Both the position numbers and the translations under genes were made by a program. Shown here piece by piece: positions 9,739-20,900 of a DNA stretch of 64,000 bases (within the stretch, counting starts at the first letter, position 1; the number at the start of each line of letters is the position of its first letter). The stretch lies in IMG/VR virus record IMGVR_UViG_3300029305_011880. The stretch is one strand, 5' to 3'. This DNA comes from an uncultured virus (IMG/VR IMGVR_UViG_3300029305_011880). Lineage: Duplodnaviria; Heunggongvirae; Uroviricota; Caudoviricetes. The notes below the pieces were generated by a model that ran no database searches, was not told the origin of the DNA, and saw only the letters and a program-made list of their open reading frames with translations.

Positions 9739-11070
9739 TTAGTGTTGCTTAGCAACTAATTCAACGGTTACTAAACCACTGTTTTTAATTTCTAATTCGG
9801 ATACGGTCACGTAGAATTCCCAATCTTCCATAATGTTTTCATAATATCCAATACCATCTCCAATTTCAATCAAAAAATCGTCATCAATTAAATATTCCAT
9901 TTCTTCAATGTATGTATTAAGGACACCCATACCATACATATCAAAATCTTTTTCCGAGAAGCAACTAATCATAGTAACCTCAGATAACCAACCATCCATG
10001 AAGTCAACGACTATTTCATCTACCACACCATAATCAAATCCTAAACTCTTAGAAGCTCTAGTGCCATAAAGAGAAATACCATCTAAAGATGTAGTATATT
10101 TTGGATTTTCATAACCAATACCTGTTAAGTTTGCTTTCATCTGAGCGGCTTCAGGATATTTTATTGCATAAAATTCATCTAACTGCAAACGCTCTTCTTC
10201 TTCGCTGATAGGTTTTAAATCGATAATATCAATGTAGTTTTCAGGAACTGAAACAACCACTTCACCAGAAGGAGAAATTGTTGTGTTTAATACAATATTT
10301 TTTGAATTATCAGATATAGATAGCAACTCAGAATAAACACCATCAACGTATTTATTTTGATAAGTAATAGCCGCACCTTCACCAATGCTTAAATCTTCTT
10401 GTAATCCCAAGAAAAATTCATTTAATTTCTGGGTGTTTTTTTCTCTTGAAGATTTATATTTGTTTTGCATTTCTTCAGAAACAGAAGTTATTATTTCATC
10501 ATAAATAGTATCAACATTATTCTTTAACAAATTAACCATGTTGATAACAAAATTACTAGCACTTTCGCCCGATAAATTTACGGTTATAACATCTTTTTCA
10601 ATTGTCGCCAAATCTTCATTTTGAGAAACATAAGTAGATAATGTATTTTTCATAGCAATATTTAAATATTTATTAATTACATTAAAATTTAGATTACCAA
10701 GATTTATTTTTTCATGACCTCCAGAAATCAATATATAATCGACATCGGTTTCTTCCAATTCATCGAACTCTGCTTCTAGGTCAGCAACGATATTACCATT
10801 TTTAACATATATATTATTACTATCTATAATTACCTGAGAATAGTCAGTAATATCATTCTTGGATATAGCAACATCTGTTATATTATTAACATGAGCGCCA
10901 CTAAAAGTGTAGTTTGTGTCATTAACCTTTAAGCTACCAGATATATTATAATTTTGCGTTGCGATTTTAGCATCTAGATTTTCTGTAAGTGTTGGCAAAG
11001 CGGATTTACATCCAGTTAGACAAAAACACAGAACAGAAATCATCGCAATTAGTGTAATAGACTTTTTCAC
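9739..11070 (-). CDS. Hypothetical lipoprotein
   Basis: GTG start, signal peptide with lipobox LTGC, 443 aa. Confidence 0.75.
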   Translation of the reverse strand: MKKSITLIAMISVLCFCLTGCKSALPTLTENLDAKIATQNYNISGSLKVNDTNYTFSGAHVNNITDVAISKNDITDYSQVIIDSNNIYVKNGNIVADLEAEFDELEETDVDYILISGGHEKINLGNLNFNVINKYLNIAMKNTLSTYVSQNEDLATIEKDVITVNLSGESASNFVINMVNLLKNNVDTIYDEIITSVSEEMQNKYKSSREKNTQKLNEFFLGLQEDLSIGEGAAITYQNKYVDGVYSELLSISDNSKNIVLNTTISPSGEVVVSVPENYIDIIDLKPISEEEERLQLDEFYAIKYPEAAQMKANLTGIGYENPKYTTSLDGISLYGTRASKSLGFDYGVVDEIVVDFMDGWLSEVTMISCFSEKDFDMYGMGVLNTYIEEMEYLIDDDFLIEIGDGIGYYENIMEDWEFYVTVSELEIKNSGLVTVELVAKQH

Positions 11071-12500
11071 GAAACGTCCTCCTTAACTACAAATTTTATT
11101 TCCGAAACTTTGCCGATATGTTCAACTTGCTTTTTTAACTCTTTTCCTTCTGTTGAGTTATTTAACAATTGGTACATATCTTCCAAATTAATATATTCTT
11201 CTGATATTATATTAATTTCACCTGTCTCATATAAATTTTTAAAATCAAACGAAATCTTTTTGTATTGTTCTTTTGCAGCAAATTCAAATGCTTTTTCTCG
11301 TTTCTCTAATTTATAAAATTCGTTATCGTAATAGAACCAATCAATATCACCAATATTTTTAATAAAAACAAAATAAGAATTATTCTTTGACGAATAGTAT
11401 TCTTTACTTAAAATATTAATAACATATCGTTCTATATTTGACTCATCTTTTAATATAGATTGCAACTTATTATTTATTTCTTTATTTGTAATATCAGGTT
11501 CAAATTCTTTAAGAATGAACTCTGCCATGTCCCAACCAATTTCATCCCTTGATAAATTTGTCAAAATATTATAAACCAAAGCATTATCTCTTACATAAAT
11601 ATCTATGTCAAAAATATTATCAGAAATATTTTCAAGCATATAAACATTTTCAAGATTTTGGTCGTACATATATTTATCCCAAGTCTTAGTATATTCATTA
11701 TAAATAACTACATTAAAACCCGAAATTTCACTCATCCTCAATGCGTATTTGCTTTTTATAAATTGAGAGCTATCAGCTAATTTATTAGAGATTTCTTCTT
11801 TGGTAAAAGATAATTTATTGTAGTGTATATAACCATCCTCTAAATAAATAACCAAATTATATATTGTTTTGTTGTCTTTTTCATCAAGCAAAATACTTGG
11901 TTCTACTTTTTTTATAGTTTCTATCGATTCTAAATACTTATTCATTTGTATTTCTTTATCTATAAAATACATATATCCCGAGCCAAACAACTGAAATATG
12001 CTTATGATTACGATAATAAGTATATACTTTCTTAAAATTTTTTCCCCAAAGGTATTTTCATTTTCAAAATTGTAATCAATTTTGTACAATCTATGAAGCA
12101 AGGTTTTCCCCGTTAATAAATAGATAAATGCATTAAATAATGAAAATATAGGTATATGTTTTAAAATTTTTAATTTGAAAAACATATCTTTAGAAATAAT
12201 TTCGCCATTAACAATATATTTGTTTTTTTCATAATCATCATCCAACATCCAAATATCTATAAAACAATGTATTATTGAATATATACTGGATTGAATTAAA
12301 AAGACAATTATTGCTGATTCAAAAAATATAAACATTTCACTACTAACAAAATATATAGGATTTAAAGAGTTAGCAGGAATTAGTAAATATGGCATATAGA
12401 ATACATTACCTAAAATAAAATAACAAATTATGAAGGATAGCGTAAAAGAGAATATTATCTTGGGTAAATTGGATAATATTTCATATTTTCTATGATTCAT
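11067..12500 (-). CDS. Hypothetical polytopic membrane protein with large C-terminal soluble domain
   Basis: About 4 hydrophobic segments in the N-terminal 180 aa; GGAGG RBS; 4-bp overlap with the next gene. Confidence 0.7.
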   Translation of the reverse strand: MNHRKYEILSNLPKIIFSFTLSFIICYFILGNVFYMPYLLIPANSLNPIYFVSSEMFIFFESAIIVFLIQSSIYSIIHCFIDIWMLDDDYEKNKYIVNGEIISKDMFFKLKILKHIPIFSLFNAFIYLLTGKTLLHRLYKIDYNFENENTFGEKILRKYILIIVIISIFQLFGSGYMYFIDKEIQMNKYLESIETIKKVEPSILLDEKDNKTIYNLVIYLEDGYIHYNKLSFTKEEISNKLADSSQFIKSKYALRMSEISGFNVVIYNEYTKTWDKYMYDQNLENVYMLENISDNIFDIDIYVRDNALVYNILTNLSRDEIGWDMAEFILKEFEPDITNKEINNKLQSILKDESNIERYVINILSKEYYSSKNNSYFVFIKNIGDIDWFYYDNEFYKLEKREKAFEFAAKEQYKKISFDFKNLYETGEINIISEEYINLEDMYQLLNNSTEGKELKKQVEHIGKVSEIKFVVKEDVS

Positions 12501-12593
12501 TTGTAGCCTCCTTTCTTAATCGCATAATTCATTACTTTAATTATATCTCTTTTTTATTAAAAGTATATAGCAAAACATTTGAAGAAAACAATT

Positions 12594-12622
12594 AAAGCAG
12601 GACTAAACATTAGTCCTGCTTT
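12594..12622 (-). terminator. Intrinsic terminator overlapping the J-protein stop codon
   Basis: 13-bp inverted repeat aaagcaggactaa/ttagtcctgcttt. Confidence 0.7.
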
Positions 12623-13485
12623 ATAACTTCTATTACTTCATCATTTGCAAACTTAATGATTAAATTGTAATAAACGATTATGTCCGAAGAATAAGTATCA
12701 GGCAACCCCCATTCTTTAATGATATTTTGTTTTTTCATACCAATACTTATATCCTCTGCTTGTGGTAAGTCTTTATATCTTGTAAAAGATAGTTCTTGAT
12801 AAGTATCAATCCATCCGACAACTATTTCGTCTTCATTTATCAGAATTTTTGCGTGCCCATCATATGACAAATAAGTACTATTCTCATCATCAGGTTTCCC
12901 AAACATTCCTATAATTTCTTCTTTTGTAGTTTTATTTGGAGTTATAGTATTTATTTTTTCGACATTCCCACCAATATCATCAAACGCACCAGTAAAATAT
13001 CCAAAACATAAAAATATCTGAAGAAATGCTATCAGGAATAAAAATCCACAAATAAGAATTAACCCCTTATTTTCTTTAAAATTCCCAAATAAACCAAAAA
13101 AGCCAGAAAATGCCTTTTCGACAGTTTCTTGAGCAGAGTCTGGATTTTGATATGGAGTTTTCTTTTTATAGTTTCTTTTCGCTTCTTTTTGTTTATTTTC
13201 TCGATGTCTTTCAACTTTAGATTCAATTACTTGATTCTTTAATCGTTCCCTTTCCTGTCGTAACGCCATATCGTATTTTTCACGTTCTGCAGGATTTAGC
13301 AAAATTTCTTTAGCATTATTTATTTCCTTCATTTTGGCTTCTCTCATCGCTTTTTCGTTTGGTTTAGCCATGTCTGGATGATATTTTTTAGCCAAAATCT
13401 TGTATGCTGCTTGAATAACTTCTGGAGACGCTGTTTCATTGACTTCTAATAGCTTATAATAATCCTTCAATGAAATAACCCCCAT
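12610..13485 (-). CDS. J-domain (DnaJ-like) membrane protein with two C-terminal BamE/BLIP-like repeats
   Basis: KDYYKLLEV...AYKILAKKYHPD...EINNAKEILLNP J-domain; one TM helix; repeats TTKEEIIGMFGKPD and GMKKQNIIKEWGLPD. Confidence 0.85.
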   Translation of the reverse strand: MGVISLKDYYKLLEVNETASPEVIQAAYKILAKKYHPDMAKPNEKAMREAKMKEINNAKEILLNPAEREKYDMALRQERERLKNQVIESKVERHRENKQKEAKRNYKKKTPYQNPDSAQETVEKAFSGFFGLFGNFKENKGLILICGFLFLIAFLQIFLCFGYFTGAFDDIGGNVEKINTITPNKTTKEEIIGMFGKPDDENSTYLSYDGHAKILINEDEIVVGWIDTYQELSFTRYKDLPQAEDISIGMKKQNIIKEWGLPDTYSSDIIVYYNLIIKFANDEVIEVIKQD

Positions 13486-13540
13486 TCTTCAAAGTATTAT
13501 TAATATTATATTACAAGACCCCAATTAATAAAACAAAAAT

Positions 13541-13570
13541 ATGGGACATTCTTTGTAAAGAATGTCCCAT
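13541..13570 (-). terminator. Intrinsic terminator
   Basis: Inverted repeat atgggacattcttt/aaagaatgtcccat. Confidence 0.7.
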
Positions 13571-13574
13571 TTTA

Positions 13575-14333
13575 TTATTTTTCAGCAGCCAATGATACAA
13601 ATCCCAAAAAGTCATCTTTATAAACACTGGAAGTATATATTAGATTTAAGTTGCCAACGGATAGCATTTCTCTATCTAAAGCTAAAAAGTCAAAATAATT
13701 AATTCCAGAAGCAACAATAGTTAAGTATTCTTTTGTCTCTTCATTTTCAAAATTCGAATATAGCTCTAAATCATTATCAACTATTGCGGCATTCCACGTA
13801 TCTGCATCATAAATCAATTCAGTAGAGAACCAATCTTCCTTAGAGTCAATAAGTGTATATAGTTCTCCAATCTCTGCAGAAAACTTCTGATATTCAACTG
13901 CAAGATTATGCTTTTGCGAACCATCAAGCATTCTTTCATGAACAATGGCGACTAAAACATCATTATTAAAAATAAATGCAGATAAGAAATCGTATTTTCC
14001 AATTCTTGTATAATTGGGGTTAATAACATAGTTTTTACCGATGTATTCTTCAGTGGCCCCAACCCTCTGAATAACAACCTCTTTAGCCGTACCTATACTC
14101 AACCCCTGTGTAATAACATCTATTTTTTCTTTTTTAGCTATTTCTTCCTGACTTAGAGTAATTTCAGGAACGATAGTTTCAACCTCGTCATTTTTTGGTA
14201 ATAACATCATAGCACCAACAACTATTACAGCGGCAAGTATTACCCCACCAATAATAAAAAATATTTTATTGTTTTTTGGCTTTTTGCCTTGTAGCATACT
14301 GTTTATATCAAAATTCAAACCGAATACCTCCAT
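13575..14333 (-). CDS. Hypothetical membrane-anchored protein
   Basis: N-terminal TM helix, 252-aa ORF; upstream TTGATT-17-TATAAT at 14360-14388; start uncertain. Confidence 0.65.
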   Translation of the reverse strand: MEVFGLNFDINSMLQGKKPKNNKIFFIIGGVILAAVIVVGAMMLLPKNDEVETIVPEITLSQEEIAKKEKIDVITQGLSIGTAKEVVIQRVGATEEYIGKNYVINPNYTRIGKYDFLSAFIFNNDVLVAIVHERMLDGSQKHNLAVEYQKFSAEIGELYTLIDSKEDWFSTELIYDADTWNAAIVDNDLELYSNFENEETKEYLTIVASGINYFDFLALDREMLSVGNLNLIYTSSVYKDDFLGFVSLAAEK

Positions 14334-14448
14334 TCCGAATTTACAATTCTATTATTTATATTATATCATTTATAAAAAACAAAATCAACTCAAAAGTGCG
14401 TTATAAAATTATTTTAGAATTGCCAGCATCTATAAAACTTCTTGATAC

Positions 14449-14477
14449 TTGATTTTTTATACGAAATATTATATAAT
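14449..14477 (+). promoter_or_regulatory. sigmaA-like promoter for recG
   Basis: TTGATT-17 bp-TATAAT upstream of an AGGAGG RBS. Confidence 0.6.
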
Positions 14478-14512
14478 ATGTATATATAATTATATGCAAA
14501 AGGAGGAGTTTT

Positions 14513-16516
14513 ATGGAACTTTCTATAATAGGTGTAAATTCTCAAAAAGAAAAACAATTTAATAAGAAAGGTATTTACACCGTTGAAGATTTGTTAAAAT
14601 ATACTCCTAAAAAATATTTCGATTATAGAAATCCAAAGACAATATCAGAATTAATCGTTGGCGAAAATACTGCCGTAATAGGAAAAGTTCTAAACATAAA
14701 GGTAAATACAGAAAAAAAATATGTAATGATTAACATCGAAGACAAAAACAGTCATCGACTAGAAATAATATGGTTCCATGAAATGTATGTTGCGAAGATG
14801 TTAATTGTCGGTGAAGAATATATTTTCTGTGGTAAAATAAATGAAAATAAGTTAACCCACAAGCTACAAATGTCTAATCCTATTTTTTCTTATGACATTA
14901 ATAAATACGCTCGAATTTTTCCAGTCTATAAAAAGATAACAGGAATGTCAGATGATTATTTAAAATCAAAAATTAAAGAAGGACTAGATGCAGTATACAA
15001 TCAAGAATATTTATCTTTTAATATTTTGCAAAAATATAACCTTGTAAGAACGTTTGAAATGGCCAGAAGCATTCATCAGCCAAGAACAGAAGAAGATATT
15101 GCAAAGGCTGAACGAAGAATTATTTTCGATTCCTTGTTTAAAATGGCGTTTAATATTTGTTATACATCCAATGCTTCTAGCGCAGAAACTGACATCCACG
15201 TGCCAAACGCCAACACAGTTAAAGAATTTGAAGCAACCCTACCCTTTTCACTAACGGATGGAGAAGGTGGCCAACTTTATGTGACTCGAGAAATCTATAA
15301 AAAGATGAGAGCACACAAAAAAACAACATCTCTCGTACAAGGAGACGTTGGCTGTGGCAAAACAATGGTTGCAATGTTATTAATGCTTATAATGGCTGAA
15401 AACGGCTACCAAAGCGTTCTGATGGCTCCTACTAATGTCTTAGCAAGACAACATTTTGAAGAATTTACAAAAAGACTTGAAATATTCCCATTTGTTAAAA
15501 CTGCTTTTGTAAATGGTACAATGACGAAAAGAGAAAAAACAAAAACTCTAGAAGCTATTCGTACAGGAGAAGTAAATATAATAATTGGTACTCATGCTGT
15601 AATTTCAAAAGACGTTGAATTTAAAAATTTAGCACTAAGCATTGTAGATGAAGAACATAGATTTGGTGTTGCACAAAGACAATTATTAAAAGAAAAAACG
15701 AGTGACATACACCAAGTTACGATGTCTGCCACCCCAATCCCTCGTTCTCTAGGACTTGCAATTTACGGAGAAAATACGGATATTTATAGTATTACACAAA
15801 TGCCCGCAGGAAGAAAGAAAGTCGTAACAAAAATCGTTCCAGAAATAAACAAATGTTACGATTTTATTGAAAGAGAAATTTCCAGAGGAAGACAAGCATA
15901 TGTTATTTGCCCACTAATTGATGAATCTGATTCAGAAAGATTAGAAGGCGTTGAATCCGTAACAGAAACTTACAACGAAATTAAAAAATATTTTGCGGGA
16001 AAAAATATTAACATTGGCGTCATTAATGGAAAAATGAAAGCTAAAGAAGTAAATGAAGAAATAGATAAATTCAATAAAAAAGAATATGATATTATTGTAT
16101 CAACAACAATCGTTGAGGTTGGAGTTAATGTCCCAAATGCAACAGTAATATTAATTAAAAATGCCGAACGGTTTGGTCTCGCTCAATTACATCAGCTAAG
16201 AGGTCGTGTTGGTAGAGGTAATTATCAATCCTATTGTTTATTATGTACTCCCAAAGACCAAGTTGAAAGACTTGATATAATGGAAGAAACAAATGATGGA
16301 TTCGTAATTGCTGAAAAAGACTTAGAGCTTCGTGGAATGGGAGATTTTATCGGAACAAGCCAAACAGGTTCTTTTAAAGATGTAATGTTAATGCTTGCAA
16401 ACAAAAGTTTATATCAAGATATTAGATATACAGTTTATGAAATCCTAAAAGACCCAATTCAGACAAAAAAATATGAATTTTTATTAACTTCTTACGAAGA
16501 AGATGAAGATTATTAA
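14513..16516 (+). CDS. recG: ATP-dependent DNA helicase RecG
   Basis: Wedge/OB N-terminus, QGDVGCGKT, MAPT, DEEHRFG, MSATPIPRSL, HQLRGRVGRG and DLELRG motifs. Confidence 0.95.
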   Translation: MELSIIGVNSQKEKQFNKKGIYTVEDLLKYTPKKYFDYRNPKTISELIVGENTAVIGKVLNIKVNTEKKYVMINIEDKNSHRLEIIWFHEMYVAKMLIVGEEYIFCGKINENKLTHKLQMSNPIFSYDINKYARIFPVYKKITGMSDDYLKSKIKEGLDAVYNQEYLSFNILQKYNLVRTFEMARSIHQPRTEEDIAKAERRIIFDSLFKMAFNICYTSNASSAETDIHVPNANTVKEFEATLPFSLTDGEGGQLYVTREIYKKMRAHKKTTSLVQGDVGCGKTMVAMLLMLIMAENGYQSVLMAPTNVLARQHFEEFTKRLEIFPFVKTAFVNGTMTKREKTKTLEAIRTGEVNIIIGTHAVISKDVEFKNLALSIVDEEHRFGVAQRQLLKEKTSDIHQVTMSATPIPRSLGLAIYGENTDIYSITQMPAGRKKVVTKIVPEINKCYDFIEREISRGRQAYVICPLIDESDSERLEGVESVTETYNEIKKYFAGKNINIGVINGKMKAKEVNEEIDKFNKKEYDIIVSTTIVEVGVNVPNATVILIKNAERFGLAQLHQLRGRVGRGNYQSYCLLCTPKDQVERLDIMEETNDGFVIAEKDLELRGMGDFIGTSQTGSFKDVMLMLANKSLYQDIRYTVYEILKDPIQTKKYEFLLTSYEEDEDY

Positions 16517-16521
16517 AAAGA

Positions 16522-16552
16522 AAAACCGCTTGAATGATTTTCAAGCGGTTTT
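16522..16552. terminator. Bidirectional intrinsic terminator
   Basis: aaaaccgcttgaa/ttcaagcggtttt between convergent genes. Confidence 0.8.
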
Positions 16553-16567
16553 ATTATTTTTTATTTG

Positions 16568-17098
16568 TTAGGATGCAATCCATCCAACGAATGTCTGTAG
16601 AATGACGGGAGCGTATAATACTGCGGCATAAACTAGAACTGCAGTAATCATTCCCCATAAACCTTTACCAACCATATCTCCTCTACCGATACTACCGATA
16701 AGAGTGATGAATGCGGCAATGATGAAGATTATGATAGTGAAAGGCTGAACAATTATCTGTAAAAAGTAGATAATTTCGTTGCCCTTCGTGGTAGCCCACT
16801 TAAGAATGTCATTAGTAGAAACGACAGGCATTACGTCGATATATGCATCATGAACAGCTTCTGCATCGCTGATACCAGAATATAGAGCGTCCTTACCATC
16901 AACAGTAGGACCAACGTATTCCTCCCCAGCAGTAGCATCCATACTTCCAGTTGTTGATGTAACATTGGTAGTAGGACTTAGGCTTTCACTATACCAACTT
17001 TCTACATCACTTGCGAAAGCAGGCATTGCACATAGAGAAAATAATATAGTTAAAACGCCTAAGAAAGCGAACATTCTTTTATTTAATTTAGCTAGCAT
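16568..17098 (-). CDS. VirB2/TrbC-like pilin or T4SS channel subunit
   Basis: Signal peptide (PAFA), then two C-terminal hydrophobic helices separated by a short loop; GGAGG RBS before ATG 17098; at the end of the T4SS block. Confidence 0.55.
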   Translation of the reverse strand: MLAKLNKRMFAFLGVLTILFSLCAMPAFASDVESWYSESLSPTTNVTSTTGSMDATAGEEYVGPTVDGKDALYSGISDAEAVHDAYIDVMPVVSTNDILKWATTKGNEIIYFLQIIVQPFTIIIFIIAAFITLIGSIGRGDMVGKGLWGMITAVLVYAAVLYAPVILQTFVGWIAS

Positions 17099-17194
17099 AA
17101 TCAACACCTCCAAGTCTTATTTTTATATTTTACTATTCATCTCTGGAAAATATAATACATTTTTAGAATATTCTTTTCAAAAACATCACATTTC

Positions 17195-17845
17195 TCAATC
17201 TCGGTTATTAAATTTTTTCATAGACACCAAAAAGAATATACAGAACAAAATAACAACAGCAGTAAGAATCATAAAAATCCCAATTACTTTAATGAATTGA
17301 GAATAATCTTTTTCATTTTCTTGAGGAACCAAATCCTCAACATTAATGGTTTCTTGTTTTTCTCCAGTGGAACCATTTATCCCATGAAAACCAAAAGTAA
17401 TAGATGTCATTTCTTCAGAAATAGTAAATTCTTCTTTATCTAATGGCACAATTTGAAACTTGCCACGAGTATCCCCTTTTGCACCACTAGATGTTACAAT
17501 ATAATTACCATATGGTAATTCGTAAACTAGGTTATAATTATCAGAAGCTTCTACGGTTACATAATATTCTAAGTAATTATCCAAATCCATGAAAGAAATA
17601 ACAAAATCATAAGCCTGAAATTCAATTGGCCTATTTTCGAGCACATTTATATTTATTTCTATTAGCCCTTTTTTTTCAGATATGTTTAGTTCATCTCCGT
17701 ATCCTTCCCCCTGAAAATCATTGTAAATAATTTCTCCTTGCTCATACTCTTTATCTCTATCCACCAACATAGAATCCGCAAATACGGATGAACTACAAAA
17801 AACAAAAATCAAAAATGTTAAGAATGGAATAAGCATTTTTTTCAC
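17195..17845 (-). CDS. Hypothetical surface protein (signal peptide and C-terminal TM anchor)
   Basis: GTG start, SVFA cleavage motif, beta-rich middle, C-terminal hydrophobic helix with basic tail. Confidence 0.7.
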   Translation of the reverse strand: MKKMLIPFLTFLIFVFCSSSVFADSMLVDRDKEYEQGEIIYNDFQGEGYGDELNISEKKGLIEININVLENRPIEFQAYDFVISFMDLDNYLEYYVTVEASDNYNLVYELPYGNYIVTSSGAKGDTRGKFQIVPLDKEEFTISEEMTSITFGFHGINGSTGEKQETINVEDLVPQENEKDYSQFIKVIGIFMILTAVVILFCIFFLVSMKKFNNRD

Positions 17846-17924
17846 AAAATATCCCTCCTAATCATATATAATATTAATATTATATTATATACGTATAGCT
17901 TTCATAATAAAGAAAATAACAACA

Positions 17925-17962
17925 AAAATACAGCATGTCTCAAAAGAGACATGCTGTATTTT
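17925..17962 (-). terminator. Intrinsic terminator
   Basis: 17-bp perfect inverted repeat aaaatacagcatgtctc/gagacatgctgtatttt. Confidence 0.8.
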
Positions 17963-17963
17963 A

Positions 17964-20900
17964 TTAATTGACATAATCAGCTCTTAAATACTGGTCAAAA
18001 CCGTTATAGATTTCAAATACAACGCCTTCTTCATTACCTTTATCAGTTGAATGGACATACCACTCTTTACCATCGCTATCAGTATATACATAAATACCAA
18101 TATGTTTTTTCTCTTTGAATGCCCAATCACCAGGCAATATACTAGATTTAGAAATAATCTTTGTATTATCATCGTTTTTAATGTCAGTAACTGTATCCCC
18201 AGATGCGTAATAATGAGTACCAAACGTATTATAAGACACCCAACTTACAAACCCCGAGCAATCTAATCCGTCTTTTGCAACACGTCCAACCCACCAACCT
18301 CCTCCAGGAGAATTATGCCCACAAGTTCTATCATCTCTACCCCAAGATGGATTAACTCCTTTATACGGAGGATGTGAGTGTCCGCCGCCATAGAAATAAG
18401 GGACTCCTCCCACAAGCGACAAGGCATTTCTAAGAATATACTCTCTATCTTGAGATAATGTAGGATGATAAGATTTCACGGTAGCAATAATTGCATCAAT
18501 TTCTGCAGAACTCATTGCCCCTTCAACCAACCCAGCACCTCGAGTCCATTCAGTAGATAGCCAGTAATATGGGTCACATTTTGTATTTTCAGCAGTATTA
18601 TCTAATAATTGGCCAGTCTCCAAGTCTTTTGCTTTAACAAGCACTTCGAAGTGTAAGTGGTCGCCAGTACCAACACCACTATTACCCATAATACCAATTG
18701 GGTCATCAAGAGATAAGCATTTTCCGCTGCCTCCTGCGCTTGCACAGTTAGAAGATATGACATCACCCTTAACAACATTTGGGGTCATAAACATATGGGC
18801 ATATCTAGTAAATATGCCAACTATTTGATATCTCTTACCCGAAGTATCCGTGACAATAGTATTAGCAGGAACGGTATGTTCAATCTCAACCCAATGACCA
18901 TAACCACCATCATCGTATCCGACGTAACTTACTCTTCCTTCTGCAGCAGCAAGAATACCAGGTTTAGTAGTGTAAGCAATATCTACACCATTGTGCATTC
19001 TTATATCTCCATATACAGGATGTACTCTCTTTCCGAACTCAGAGGTTACGTTTAAATCTGTAACAGTTGGGACAGTTGATATTGGAGACTGTAAAGGAAT
19101 TAATGGCGTAATAAATGCAAACTTATAAGATGCATCAACGTCTTTAGAAGTTTTCTTACCTAATTTACTTATTTGAGGATTACCACCCAAGAAACTGTTG
19201 TTTGTTCCTGTTGAATCATCTAATCTTTCTGTAAAGAAGTCCAATAAACTATGTTCATTGGCATACATATAATAATCTTCCTTACCAAAATTAGAAACGT
19301 TTAGAATTAAGGTAGTTACATCATCTCTAGAAGTAGTCATTCTAGGAATATATAGTTCCATACCAGAATTTTGAACTTGGAACATATCTCTCTGGAACGC
19401 AATATTACCAGTTTGTAATCCAAATGAAGCTCCTCCAGTAGCACTTGCACCAGAATAAGACAAACCGAAATTAGTATTCAATTCTGCCGTTGCTAACGAG
19501 GTGTCATAATATCTTGCAATATGTTTAACATAGTCTGGAAACTCACTTGTTTCGTTTCTGTATTTACTATAACAAGAATACCAGTTAGGGTCAGATATCT
19601 TACACTCTGTTCCACTAACCCAACCGTTATATAGAACAGCGGCCAAGAACCCATCATTATTAGTTCTTATCAAATTGTTACTAATTTGAATTATACCGTA
19701 CTCAAAAGCCTTTTCAACATTTCCATATCTCTCATCGTTAGCAAGGAAAGCAGGTATATCCGCCAAAGAAGTAACTACGCTTTCTGGATTTTGCATATTA
19801 ACAACTACTTGCTTACCAGTTAAAGTAGATTCGATTGTCTTAGTACATTTTTCACCTGGTTTAGCATTGTGTCCATCTCCATCACAATGATGGTGTATCT
19901 GTCCTATACCGCCACCGCCGTTATAGCTATTATAAACATTACTATAAACTTCAGTACAAACAGCTGTAGCTCCAGTAGTCCAAGTAATTACACTATCATC
20001 CTTGCATAAACCAGCAAATGCATTACCACTTGATTCTTGTGTAAACATTGCAACCGCCAATGCGACATCAACCTGATATTCAGCACAGAAGGTATCAAAT
20101 AATGGTTTCCACTTAGAATAAACTCTTTGAGCTTCTTCCTTCTTAGTACCAAGAGGAACGCCACTAGCAGCCGCAGGAATTGTGGATGCGTTATTTAATA
20201 CCGTTTTACTACCAGAATCTTTAACATAAGCCAATGTTTCTGTTACGACATCATTTGTATACATAAACATATTAATTTTACTAGCATTCATTCTTACAGA
20301 ATCATCACCTGTTAATTCAGCTAAAATATCCGCAACCTTATTAGCATCATCACCGTTAAACCAGTCTGTATCTCCCTTAAGCTGAACTTTTGTGGCAAAC
20401 GCTTCACCATGGAAATAAGCTAATATAGCATATTTAACATCTCCATACTTTTGAACTAATTTACCAAATTTATTAGATACGTATTTCAGAGCTTTAACTT
20501 TGTCCAAACGTTCATCAGTGGTATCATTAACTGTCAGTGACACATCGTCAAAACAAACGGTATAGTCAGTACCTGGACCACAAGTGACAATTATATCTCC
20601 AGTTGAAATATTGTCAGAGGTTGGAAGATTCCCATCTTTATCAGGATTGTAATTATAGAAAATTACGCCAGGCCCAACATCGGTAAGTCTAAATGTCTTA
20701 GAACTACCATCTTCAAGGCTCAAAGTAACCTCTACCATGTTGGAACTGCTTCCGCCTCCAACCCCAACCGTATTGCAAATATAATTAAACCATTCTGTGT
20801 ATTTAGAATTCTTTAAATGTATACCATCGTTGGTATCACTAGTACTAATATTACCAAGATATGCATTTACATCCATGAAATTAACACCTAATTCACCAGC

